Positions 46,463-55,600 of a stretch of DNA of 64,000 nt are shown here, one piece after another; within the stretch, counting starts at the first letter, position 1; the number at the start of each line of letters is the position of its first letter. Under the pieces are notes generated by a model. That model was not told where the DNA came from, did not search any database, and worked only from the letters and a program-made list of their open reading frames with translations. The DNA lies in the IMG/VR virus record IMGVR_UViG_3300037418_004082, one strand, 5' to 3'. Source of the DNA: a virus. The translations under genes were made by a program, and so were the position numbers.

Positions 46463-49400
46463 ATGGACTCGGAAGACAAGAACCTCCCGCTCACGTTCGA
46501 GGACAAGTGCGGATTCTACGTCGAGGGCGTGCTGTGCGCGTTCGCCGTGATCCAGTGGATCGTGGAAGCCGGCGCGGTGCCGCAGATGTTCGTGACCATC
46601 CCGGCCACCCCGGAGATGCGCTCGCTGTCGCGCCGGGCGCGCGTTCACTTCCTGGTGGAGGAGCCCGCGCCGCCGCACGACATCGTGTGCATCTTCGAGG
46701 GCGAGGTGAGCGGGCGCGACTTCAAGAAGAGCGCCGACGGTCGTGGCTTGTCGTTCCCCGTGCACCACGTCGTGTGGCACCTCGACCAGTACGAGATGGA
46801 AGCCCTCGACAACCTCGTGTACATCCGCGCGTTGCTCAACGGAACCGCGTCTACCGAGAACGTCGTCGCGACCGTCACGGGTTCGCTGCTCGAACTCTTC
46901 ACGCCGGACAACCTGGTGGCGATTCTTAACGACCCCGCTTACGTGGACAAGACGACCATCGCGCCGGGCGTCAAGACGGCCAAGGTCTCCGCCGATAAGT
47001 TGACGGTGGGTGACTTCGTGCGCGGCGCGTTCTTGTTGTACCGTCACGTGTTCAACAACAGCCGCATCGCCGCCACCTACACGAACGACGCGATGACCTT
47101 CCACCAGTTGGGTGCGCGGTTCCAGTTGCCGGACCCCGCCGTGGTGGACTGGACGGACCTCTACAAGCGCTTGATGTTCGCCTTGCTGACGCGCGGCGTC
47201 AACGCGGCCGGCGGCAAGCAGACCTTCTTGGACCTGGTGCGCACGGTCTGTGCGCAGTTCCTGCACCAGGTGGTGGTCCAGCCGCACGCGGAGTCCGTCA
47301 CCAAGCAAGTGCAGATCAAGCCGCAGACCTTCTTCAACGCCATCCCGAACTGCAACGTGGTCTTCCCCAGCATGACAGGCGAGGTGGACTTCCAGGAGTC
47401 CTTCACCAACAAGCCGACCCGCATGCGCACGATGTTCATGCCGTTCGGGTTGTCGCCCGACCAGGACGTGTCCGTGCTCAACCGCTACTTCACCGTCTAC
47501 GCGCCGGTAGAGCTGCAGTGGCGCTGGGAAGGCATCAGCCAGGTGGCGGCGCAGAGCAAGCCCACCGCGCCACAGCGCGCCGTGGACGCGAAGACCAAGG
47601 CGCCGATCATCAAGAAGCCGGTGGACGGCATCCCGTTCGTCACGCAGGAGGAAGACGCTCGCGGCATCGTGAGCGTGGACTACCCCATGCCGCCGATGTT
47701 GAACTACGCCATCATGAGCGAGGTCTCGACGTACACGCGTGACGCCATCGACGCGAACCTCTCGCCCGTGGACGGCACGAGCGATCCCGCGGAGGTCTAC
47801 AAGCGGCTCCAGTCCGGCACGGAAACGGACCGCCTCACGAAGTACCGCGCCTTCTTGTCGTTGGCGCTGGGCCACGCGAACGGCATCGACCCGCAGCGCT
47901 TCAAGAGCGCGCCGTACCTGCGCGAGTTCGTGAACCTCGACAAGCTGGGCGGCGTCGTGCTGCCCGACACGCCCACGATGGTGCCCACGCGCATCGCGCT
48001 GATGCCGCTTCCCATCAAGGTCAACCTCAAGAACCACACGCCGACGCGCCAGGCGCTCGTGAACACGGGCGTGAACTACCTGGTCACGCGCGATGGCGTG
48101 GTGGTCGAGATCCTGCGCCGCGATCACCAGCTCTTCCCGGAGCCGCTCGCGCTGCCCCTGGGCCTGAAGCTCGCGGGCGTCGGCAACCCGGGCGACTACG
48201 CGGCCCTCAACAAGCTCGTGCCGCCCTTCGGCGTGGCGCGCTCCGAAGCGCGCGGGATGATCGACTTCCAGGCGAAGAACCTCGTGGTGCCGCCCGTGGT
48301 CTACCCGGAGGCGGCCGCCGTCGCGACCAACGCCAGCTACGGCGACTACGTGCTCCTGCGTCCGGCCGTCGCATCGAACCAGCCGATCAACTTCCAGACC
48401 GTGCGGTCGAGCACGATGGACGACGCGATGTTCGCGCGCATCCGGGCCGGCGAGACGTCCGTTCACCTCGAAGGCGGCGGGCTGTCCGTGAGCGGCGTCG
48501 TGCAGGGCAAGACGCACTACGTCAAGACGAACGGCAACGCGAGCCAGAACGACAACTGCTTCGTGCTCAAACTGCCGGAGAGCATCAAGATTCCGTTCGG
48601 CGTGCCGTTGACGTTGACCATCAACACGAAGACGTCGTTCGTCGCCGGTAAGCCGTGGCTGTTCTGCAACCACACGAAGCAGGCCACGTCGGCCAGCACG
48701 CTGTCACACTGGGCCAACCTGGGCGCGAACCAGGGCATCGACGCGGCCGTTGCCGACAACCAGGTGGTCGGCGGCAACGTCGGCACCGTGGTGATCGGCT
48801 TCGAGACCCTGAACGGCACCCTTACCGGCCAGCAGGCCACGATGGGCGCGTTCCTCTGCGCGGCCATCCGCCAGATGGGCGTGAAGTCGGTGGGCGAGAC
48901 CAAGGCGCCGAAGCTGGGCCCCGCGACCATCCTGATGGAGAACGTGGTCGAAGCGTCCAGCCTGTACGGCCCTGGAGCGCGCCTGGACACGTCGGTGGGG
49001 CCGCTCGACGTGAACGGCATCAAGGCGCAGGTGAGCTTCTTCGAGCAGCAGCTCTTCAAGGACTTCAACACCTGGGACAAGGACCTCACCGCTGGCAACA
49101 CCAGCTCGATCGGCGCACCGGCCGTGGACGTGTCGGCGGCCGACCGCCCCACGGCGCTGCCGGTGGACCCCGCAACCCACTCCGTTTTCGCGGACAACGC
49201 CGATCTGCCGACCACGCCCGGGATGACGCCGGTGTCTGACGCCGACGCGAAGAAGCTGAACGCCATCGGCTTTAACGGCGCGACGCTGCAGAACTTCGTG
49301 CACAACTACGTGTCGGGCTACTTGAATCACCAATTCTACAACGCCCGGCTGGGTCCTCAATCGTACACCGGTCGTGTCGAGTGGAACCCGTACATGATGG

Positions 49401-50371
49401 TGGACTATCCTGCCTTGATCGTAGACAACGAGCACACGTCGTTCGACTTGGTGGGCCACGTGCACGCCATCGCGATGACGTTCACGCCCACGTCGGTCGA
49501 ACAGCAGGTGACGTACACGCACCTGCGACCGGCCATCGGTGCCGTGGACGTCGTGCAGACCGACGAGGGCAAGGCGACGCCGGTCGGTCAGCGTGAAGCG
49601 ATGATCCCGTTCAAGACGGCGCGCAAGCAGGAGCTGATCTACGTGATGCCGCCCGACCGCAAGATCGCGCGGGACCCGGTGGCCTACCAGCAGTACCTGA
49701 AGGCGCAGGGGCTGTTCATCCCGGAGACCTTCTTGCCGATTCAGCTCCACGACCTGGGCGCGCACAAGCCGCCGCCGTTCCTGTACACGGGCGGCTTCGG
49801 GCTGGGCAAGCAGTTCCTGTCGTTCGACAAGACCGGCGTACCCAACAGCTTCCGGGACTTCAGCGGCTACGCGATCTACCTGGGCTACGTGACGGAGGCC
49901 AACAACCAGAAGGCGCTGCCGACGCACGAGAACAACCTGGTGTTCGCGGACACCCTGGGGACGCTCGACCGTGCCAAGGACGTCCAGACCGCCTACCAGT
50001 TCACCCGCCGGCCCATCCAGAAGGTCGGCCAGAACGACCTGACGAAGCGGCAAGCCTGCTTGGTGGCCTGGGCCGACGAGGCGGAGGAGCTGAACGGCGA
50101 CGTCGCCACCGGCAGCGAGAATTTCGGGCTCTCGCTCCTCAACCAGGTGCTCGCGCCCCTGGGCAAGAAGCCGACGCCCGCGGCCAAGCAGAAGGCCCAG
50201 GTGGGCTTCGGCGAGGCCATCGTGGTCTACACCGTGCCGCCGACGTACGACGCGAAGGGCAACATCACCGCGAAGGGCACCACGCTGGAGTTCGACGAGC
50301 AGGTGCGGGCGCTCGTGCGAGCGCACACCTTCCGGGTGCGGCGTAAGGAAGCCATCTGGGACGGCCGCTGA
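46463..50371 (+). CDS. Baseplate hub protein (gp27/late-control-D-like) with large insert
   Basis: FYVEGV..VHFL..IFEGEV.G..GRGLSF N-terminus; PNCNVVFP; YNAR..YTGRVEWNPYMMVDYPALIVD. Confidence 0.6.
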   Translation: MDSEDKNLPLTFEDKCGFYVEGVLCAFAVIQWIVEAGAVPQMFVTIPATPEMRSLSRRARVHFLVEEPAPPHDIVCIFEGEVSGRDFKKSADGRGLSFPVHHVVWHLDQYEMEALDNLVYIRALLNGTASTENVVATVTGSLLELFTPDNLVAILNDPAYVDKTTIAPGVKTAKVSADKLTVGDFVRGAFLLYRHVFNNSRIAATYTNDAMTFHQLGARFQLPDPAVVDWTDLYKRLMFALLTRGVNAAGGKQTFLDLVRTVCAQFLHQVVVQPHAESVTKQVQIKPQTFFNAIPNCNVVFPSMTGEVDFQESFTNKPTRMRTMFMPFGLSPDQDVSVLNRYFTVYAPVELQWRWEGISQVAAQSKPTAPQRAVDAKTKAPIIKKPVDGIPFVTQEEDARGIVSVDYPMPPMLNYAIMSEVSTYTRDAIDANLSPVDGTSDPAEVYKRLQSGTETDRLTKYRAFLSLALGHANGIDPQRFKSAPYLREFVNLDKLGGVVLPDTPTMVPTRIALMPLPIKVNLKNHTPTRQALVNTGVNYLVTRDGVVVEILRRDHQLFPEPLALPLGLKLAGVGNPGDYAALNKLVPPFGVARSEARGMIDFQAKNLVVPPVVYPEAAAVATNASYGDYVLLRPAVASNQPINFQTVRSSTMDDAMFARIRAGETSVHLEGGGLSVSGVVQGKTHYVKTNGNASQNDNCFVLKLPESIKIPFGVPLTLTINTKTSFVAGKPWLFCNHTKQATSASTLSHWANLGANQGIDAAVADNQVVGGNVGTVVIGFETLNGTLTGQQATMGAFLCAAIRQMGVKSVGETKAPKLGPATILMENVVEASSLYGPGARLDTSVGPLDVNGIKAQVSFFEQQLFKDFNTWDKDLTAGNTSSIGAPAVDVSAADRPTALPVDPATHSVFADNADLPTTPGMTPVSDADAKKLNAIGFNGATLQNFVHNYVSGYLNHQFYNARLGPQSYTGRVEWNPYMMVDYPALIVDNEHTSFDLVGHVHAIAMTFTPTSVEQQVTYTHLRPAIGAVDVVQTDEGKATPVGQREAMIPFKTARKQELIYVMPPDRKIARDPVAYQQYLKAQGLFIPETFLPIQLHDLGAHKPPPFLYTGGFGLGKQFLSFDKTGVPNSFRDFSGYAIYLGYVTEANNQKALPTHENNLVFADTLGTLDRAKDVQTAYQFTRRPIQKVGQNDLTKRQACLVAWADEAEELNGDVATGSENFGLSLLNQVLAPLGKKPTPAAKQKAQVGFGEAIVVYTVPPTYDAKGNITAKGTTLEFDEQVRALVRAHTFRVRRKEAIWDGR

Positions 50372-50377
50372 TAATTC
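50370..50377 (+). promoter_or_regulatory. GATAATTC candidate promoter heading the sigma/RNAP operon
   Basis: Overlaps the hub stop codon; GGAGG SD follows. Confidence 0.65.
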
Positions 50378-50393
50378 CTTTGGAGGGACCCTC

Positions 50394-51023
50394 ATGAGCA
50401 ACAAGCCGAACATCAACGCCGAACCGTCCGCGATGGCCGAAGTGGCCGGGGGCGCCGGGATGATTCTGGGGGTCGGCGGGTTCGCCGCCGCGCTCGCCAA
50501 GAAGAAGCCGTCGGCGCTCGCCGCGATGGCGAAGCACGCGGGTCTCGAACGCTTCGACGCCGACGACGCGTCGCACCGATCGGCCATCGGCGCTTTCGTG
50601 GCGCGCGAGAAGGCCGCGACCGTCACCGCCTGGGCCGCCCTGACGCCCGACGAGAAGCTGGCCCAGAAGTCCGCCTTCGAGGTCCGCTTCGGCACCCTGG
50701 AGAGCGCGGAGCGCCTGGTGGCGTTCGCGGAGAAGACCGCGGGCTTGTCGGAGAGCGACAAGGACCTGCTGCGCAAGGACCCGCAGGCTCTGCGCGACAC
50801 GGCCGCGGTGATGGACAAGCTCCGCCAGCGCACCTTCCTGGGCGCGATCGCGGGCACGGCCCTGGGCCACGGCATCGGCGAGTCCGCGCCCGCTCGCATC
50901 GGCGGCATGCTGGCCGGCGGCGCGCTGGGTGGTACGCTGGGGGCGCTCTCCGCGAACCCGAACGGCGACATGGCGCGCGTCTACGCGAGCGCGCTGGAGC
51001 GCCGGCAGCAGAAGCTGACCTGA
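50394..51023 (+). CDS. Glycine-zipper protein (putative internal virion/ejection protein)
   Basis: GGAGMILGVGG; LGAIAGTALGHGIG; GGMLAGGALGGTLG; AEKTAG. Confidence 0.7.
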   Translation: MSNKPNINAEPSAMAEVAGGAGMILGVGGFAAALAKKKPSALAAMAKHAGLERFDADDASHRSAIGAFVAREKAATVTAWAALTPDEKLAQKSAFEVRFGTLESAERLVAFAEKTAGLSESDKDLLRKDPQALRDTAAVMDKLRQRTFLGAIAGTALGHGIGESAPARIGGMLAGGALGGTLGALSANPNGDMARVYASALERRQQKLT

Positions 51024-51024
51024 C

Positions 51025-51786
51025 ATGGGCAGCTTCCGTGACGTCCTTCGCCGCCGGGCCGACAACGCCCCGGTGGCGCCCGCGCCTCGGCCAGAGGTCG
51101 CCTTTGACGAGCGGTGCAAGGCCGCTGCCAAGGCGCGCCCGCAGCCGCCGGAGGTAGAGCTGCCGGCGACGCCGTCGAACGTCTTCGTGCAGTACCAGCC
51201 GCTGATCGACAAGACGGTCGGCCGCTGGGCCAGCTCGGGTTTGCCCAAGGTGGTGCTCGACGCGGAGGCGAAGCGGATCGTCGCGAAGGCGCTGGGCAGT
51301 CACGACCCGTCGAAAGGTACGCTGGGGCTGCACCTGCAGAACCACCTCCAGCAGATGGACGCCTTCGTCAACACGTTCGCGCCGGACGTGCGCGTGCCGC
51401 TTGACCGTCTGCGCGACGTGAACAAACACGTGAGCGACGACATCGCGTTTCGTGTGGACCACGGGTATGCGCCGCAGAACGCCGGAGCGCTGAACAAGTT
51501 CCAGACCAACCTCTACTCGAAGGTACAAGCGGGTGGCTTCTCGCAGCCCGTGAAGGAGGATCTGGGGCACGAGCAGATCGCGATGGACTTCCTCTACCAC
51601 GACCTGCCCAAGACGCACAAGCTGGTTTTCGCGCACAGCGTTGGCTACAACGGCATGCCGAAGCTCACCACCAATGACCTCGCTACCAAGCTGGGCGTGA
51701 GCGCCGGCCGCGTCAGCCAGTTGAAGAACGACATCGCCCAGCGGGCACACGAGTACAACTACGCGATCGAGAGCCTGATGCGATGA
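51025..51786 (+). CDS. Phage sigma70-family factor (divergent regions 2 and 4)
   Basis: QYQPLIDKTVGRW..AEAKRIVAKALGSHDPSKG..DVRVP (region 2); HKLVFAHSVGYNG..TTNDLATKLGVSAGRVSQL (region 4 HTH). Confidence 0.8.
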   Translation: MGSFRDVLRRRADNAPVAPAPRPEVAFDERCKAAAKARPQPPEVELPATPSNVFVQYQPLIDKTVGRWASSGLPKVVLDAEAKRIVAKALGSHDPSKGTLGLHLQNHLQQMDAFVNTFAPDVRVPLDRLRDVNKHVSDDIAFRVDHGYAPQNAGALNKFQTNLYSKVQAGGFSQPVKEDLGHEQIAMDFLYHDLPKTHKLVFAHSVGYNGMPKLTTNDLATKLGVSAGRVSQLKNDIAQRAHEYNYAIESLMR

Positions 51787-52688
51787 ACAAGCAAGCCTAC
51801 ACCCTGCTGCACGCGGTGGACCCGATCGGGAACCAGGACTGGATCCCGGCGCCCAGTATGCTGCCGGAGGACCTGAACGGTCAGCCGGTCACGATGCTGC
51901 GCGCTTACCGCGAGGACAACCCGCACCTCCACGCGCTCGCGCAAGCCGTCATGCTGGGCGGCGTGCGCATGCTCCCCCGTCACATGCTCGTCGATCCGGC
52001 ACACCCCCGCAAGAAAGAGGCCACCATGTCCCGTCCGCACGACATCTTCCTCGCCAAGCAAGCGGCGGAGGGGTTCGACCCCATCCTGCAGCACCCCAAC
52101 CTGGCCGCCAAGCCGAAGGGCATGGACGAGCTGGCGGAGCGCAAGAAGCAGTACCAGATCGGCGCGAGCCTGGGCGGCGGTCTGGGTGCGGTCGCGGGCC
52201 TGGGCGGCGGCCTGCTGGCGGAGCGCGCGATCGGCCTGCGTTCGCCGATGATCCCGGCCTACGGCGCGCTCGCGGGTGCGTCGCTGGGTTCGGCGGCGGG
52301 CGTGGGCGCGGCCCAGCTCGGCCGCTTCATCGGCAAGCTCAAGCGCCACGATCGCGCGGCGGACGACTACGAGCGCCAGACCGGCACGTCGCTGCCGTTC
52401 GACGTGCGCCACCCGTACATGGCCCGCGTCGCCCCGCTCGTGGCGTCGAGCCTGATGGGCTCGGCCGTGGGCCACGCGATGGCTCACCGCCACGGCCTCT
52501 CCGGTCTGCAGGGCGCGCTGCTGGGCAACGTGGCGGGCTCTACCATCGGCGCCGTGCTGACGCCGGGCACGCTGGCCGTGCTGCAGGGTCGCCGTGACGC
52601 CCTGCTGAAGGGCAAGGTCAACCAGCGCATGCTCTCGCAATCCGTCGTGGACGAAGACACCCTCGACGAGCAGGCGATGCGGGGGTAG
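51783..52688 (+). CDS. Glycine-zipper protein; possible internal start at 52026
   Basis: GASLGGGLGAVAGLGGGLLA; four hydrophobic GxxxG tracts; FLAKQAA. Confidence 0.7.
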   Translation: MNKQAYTLLHAVDPIGNQDWIPAPSMLPEDLNGQPVTMLRAYREDNPHLHALAQAVMLGGVRMLPRHMLVDPAHPRKKEATMSRPHDIFLAKQAAEGFDPILQHPNLAAKPKGMDELAERKKQYQIGASLGGGLGAVAGLGGGLLAERAIGLRSPMIPAYGALAGASLGSAAGVGAAQLGRFIGKLKRHDRAADDYERQTGTSLPFDVRHPYMARVAPLVASSLMGSAVGHAMAHRHGLSGLQGALLGNVAGSTIGAVLTPGTLAVLQGRRDALLKGKVNQRMLSQSVVDEDTLDEQAMRG

Positions 52689-52690
52689 AC

Positions 52691-55600
52691 GTGCGCACGC
52701 CCCAATCCCTCTTCAAGGACATGGCCCGCGAGTTCGGCGAGGGTCTCACGCACGCGTTTCCGATCGTCACGCCCGACAAGAAGGCCGTGGCGATCACCGC
52801 CGTGCACGTGCCGACGATGCTCGACCCCACGGACTACAACGCCCAGAAGGACACCATCATGAAGGGCGGCACGTGGGGCGTGCCCGTCAAGGCGACGGTC
52901 GCCATGCACGACGCCAAGGGGAAGGTGACGAGCAAGCACGACGTGCGCGTGGGCTTCTTGCCGACGCCCACGAACCGCCACACGTTCATCATCAACGGCA
53001 AGGAGTACCAGGTGAACATGCAGCGCCGCCTGCGGCCCGGCGTGTACACCAAGTTCAACCAGCTCGGCCAGGCGACGGCGGACTTCAACCTGGGCAAGGG
53101 CCGCAACTTCGCGCTTGCGCTCGACCCGGAGAAGAACCAGGTGGAGATGAAGTTCGGCAGCTCGCGCGTGCCGCTGCTGCCGGTGCTGAAGCACGTCTTC
53201 GGCAAGACCACGCTGGGGCTGGGCAAGGCGTTCGACGCGCCGATGGGCGCCGACGCGGAGCTGACCGCGCTCAAGGACCTGCATGCGCTGGTGCTCAAGA
53301 ACCAGACGGTGCCGTCGGACAAGACCGGGATCGTGCACGGGTTGCAGGACTACTTCCAGGCCACGCAGCTCGAACCCGCCGTCACGAAGCTCGTCGTGGG
53401 GGAGGCGCACAGCAACGTCAACGGTGACGTGCTCCAGCTCGCGGCGAAGCAGTTGCTCGCCGTGCACAAGCGCGAAGTGGACCCGTCGGGCAAGGACCAG
53501 ATGGCGTTCACGGAAGTGCACGGCGTCGAGGACTTCCTGCGCGAGCGCGTGCAGAAGAACCGCGGGATGATCGGTTACAAGCTGCGTCCACGCATCGAGA
53601 AGTACGATGACGTGCGCGAGTTGAAGCTGCACCAGTATGTGCAGCCGCTGATCGACGACTTCTTCACGAAGAGCGCGCAGAGCAACCACGTGATGCAGAT
53701 CAACCCCCTGGAGATGAAGGAGAACGCCTACAAGCTCTCCAGCCTGGGCGAAGGCGCCATCGGCGACACGCACGCCGTGACGCCGGAGGTGCGCGTCATC
53801 CACCCCAGCTCGATGGGCTTCATCGACCCCGTGCGCACGCCCGACAACGCCAAGGCCGGCGTGGACGTGCGCCTGGCGCTGGGCGCGAGCAAGGTGGGCA
53901 AGAACCTGCTGATCGACGTGCAGGACCGCAACGGCGAGTTCGTCTCGATGTCGCCGGAGAAGCTCTACGACAAGGTGGTGGCTCACGACAAGGAGCCCGT
54001 GGAGAACGGGCTCGTGCGCGCCATCCACCGCGGCCAGCTCGTGGACGTGTCGCCGTCGAAGGTGGACTACCGCCTACAGGCCGACCGCCAGTTCACCGTC
54101 AGCACGACGCTCGTGCCGTTCCTCGCGAACACGCACGCGCACCGCGCCGCGATGGGCGCCAAGATGCTGGGCCAGGCCGTGAGCCTGGTCGATCGCGAGC
54201 CGCCCATCGTGGACACCCCGCACTCGGAGATCGCGGGCGAGTTCGCGTCGCTGCGCAGTCCCGTCGCGGGGACGGTCAGCAAGATCGAGAAGGGCGTCAT
54301 TCACATCAAGTCGGGCGACACGACGCACAAGGTGAACTTCCCTTACGAGTTCCCGCTCAACGGGCACTCGTTCCTGCACGCGACCCCCGTCGTGAAGGCG
54401 GGTGACACGGTGACCAAGAACCAACTGCTCGCCGACACCAACTTCACGCAGAACGGTCAGCTCGCGTTGGGCAAGAACCTCACCGTGGCCTACTTGCCGA
54501 TGAAGGGCCTCAACCACGAGGACGCGGTGGTCGTCACGCGAAGCGGCGCGGCCAAGCTCACGAGCCAGCACCAGCACATCGAAGAGGTGGAGATCGACGG
54601 GCGCAGCGTACACGACAAGAAGAAGTTCCAGGCCCACTTCCCGGGTCGCTTCGAGCTGCAGCACCTGGGCAAGCTGGACGACCAGGGCGTCGTGAAGGTC
54701 GGCACCCGGCTGCAGGAAGGCGACCCCATCCTTGCGAGCCTGCGCAAGCGGCTGATGTCGCCGGAGCAGCTCCTGCTGGGCAAGGCCAACAAGGGCCTGG
54801 TCGAACCGTTCAGCGACACCAGCGTGACCTGGGACAAGCCGTACGAAGGGCGTGTCACGGGCGTCGAGAAGACGTCCAAGGGCATCAAGGTGTCCATCTC
54901 GGCCGTGGCGACGCTGCAGGAGGGCGACAAGCTCTGCGGCCGGCACGGCAACAAGGGCGTCGTGGCGGCCATCATCCCGGACGCGGAGGCCCCGCGCACC
55001 GCCGACGGCAAGGTGCCCGACGTGATCCTGAACTCCGCCGGCCTGACGAGCCGCATGAACAACGGCCAGATCTACGAGGTCGTGGCCGCCAAGGCGCTCC
55101 AGGCGCTGGGCAAGGCAGGGCAGAAGTTCCCGCACTTCGCGGGCGTCAACACGCACCAGCTCGTGAAGATGCTGCGCGACAAGGCCGGCATCAGCGAGAC
55201 GGAGCAGCTCTACGACGGCACGACCGGCCGCAAGCTGGGCGGGCCGGTGCTGATGGGCCCCATGTACATGCTCAAGCTGTTCAAGCAGGCGGAGACCGGA
55301 TTCTCCGCGCGCTCCGGCGGCGATTACGACATCGACCTGCGGCCCACCAAGGGCGGCGAGGAGGGCGCGAAGTCGGTGGGCCACCTCGACCTGTATGGCC
55401 TGCTCGCGCACGGGGCGCGGGCGTTCGTGCGCGACGCCCACATGAAGAGCGAGTACAACCCGGAGGTCCTCACCGCGATGTGGAAGGGCCAGCCGCTGCC
55501 GCCGCCCAAGCCCACGTTCGCCTTCAAGAAGTTCGAGGCGATGCTGGGCGGCATGGGCGTTAACGTGAAGAAGGAGGGGCACACGCTGCAGCTCCTGCCG

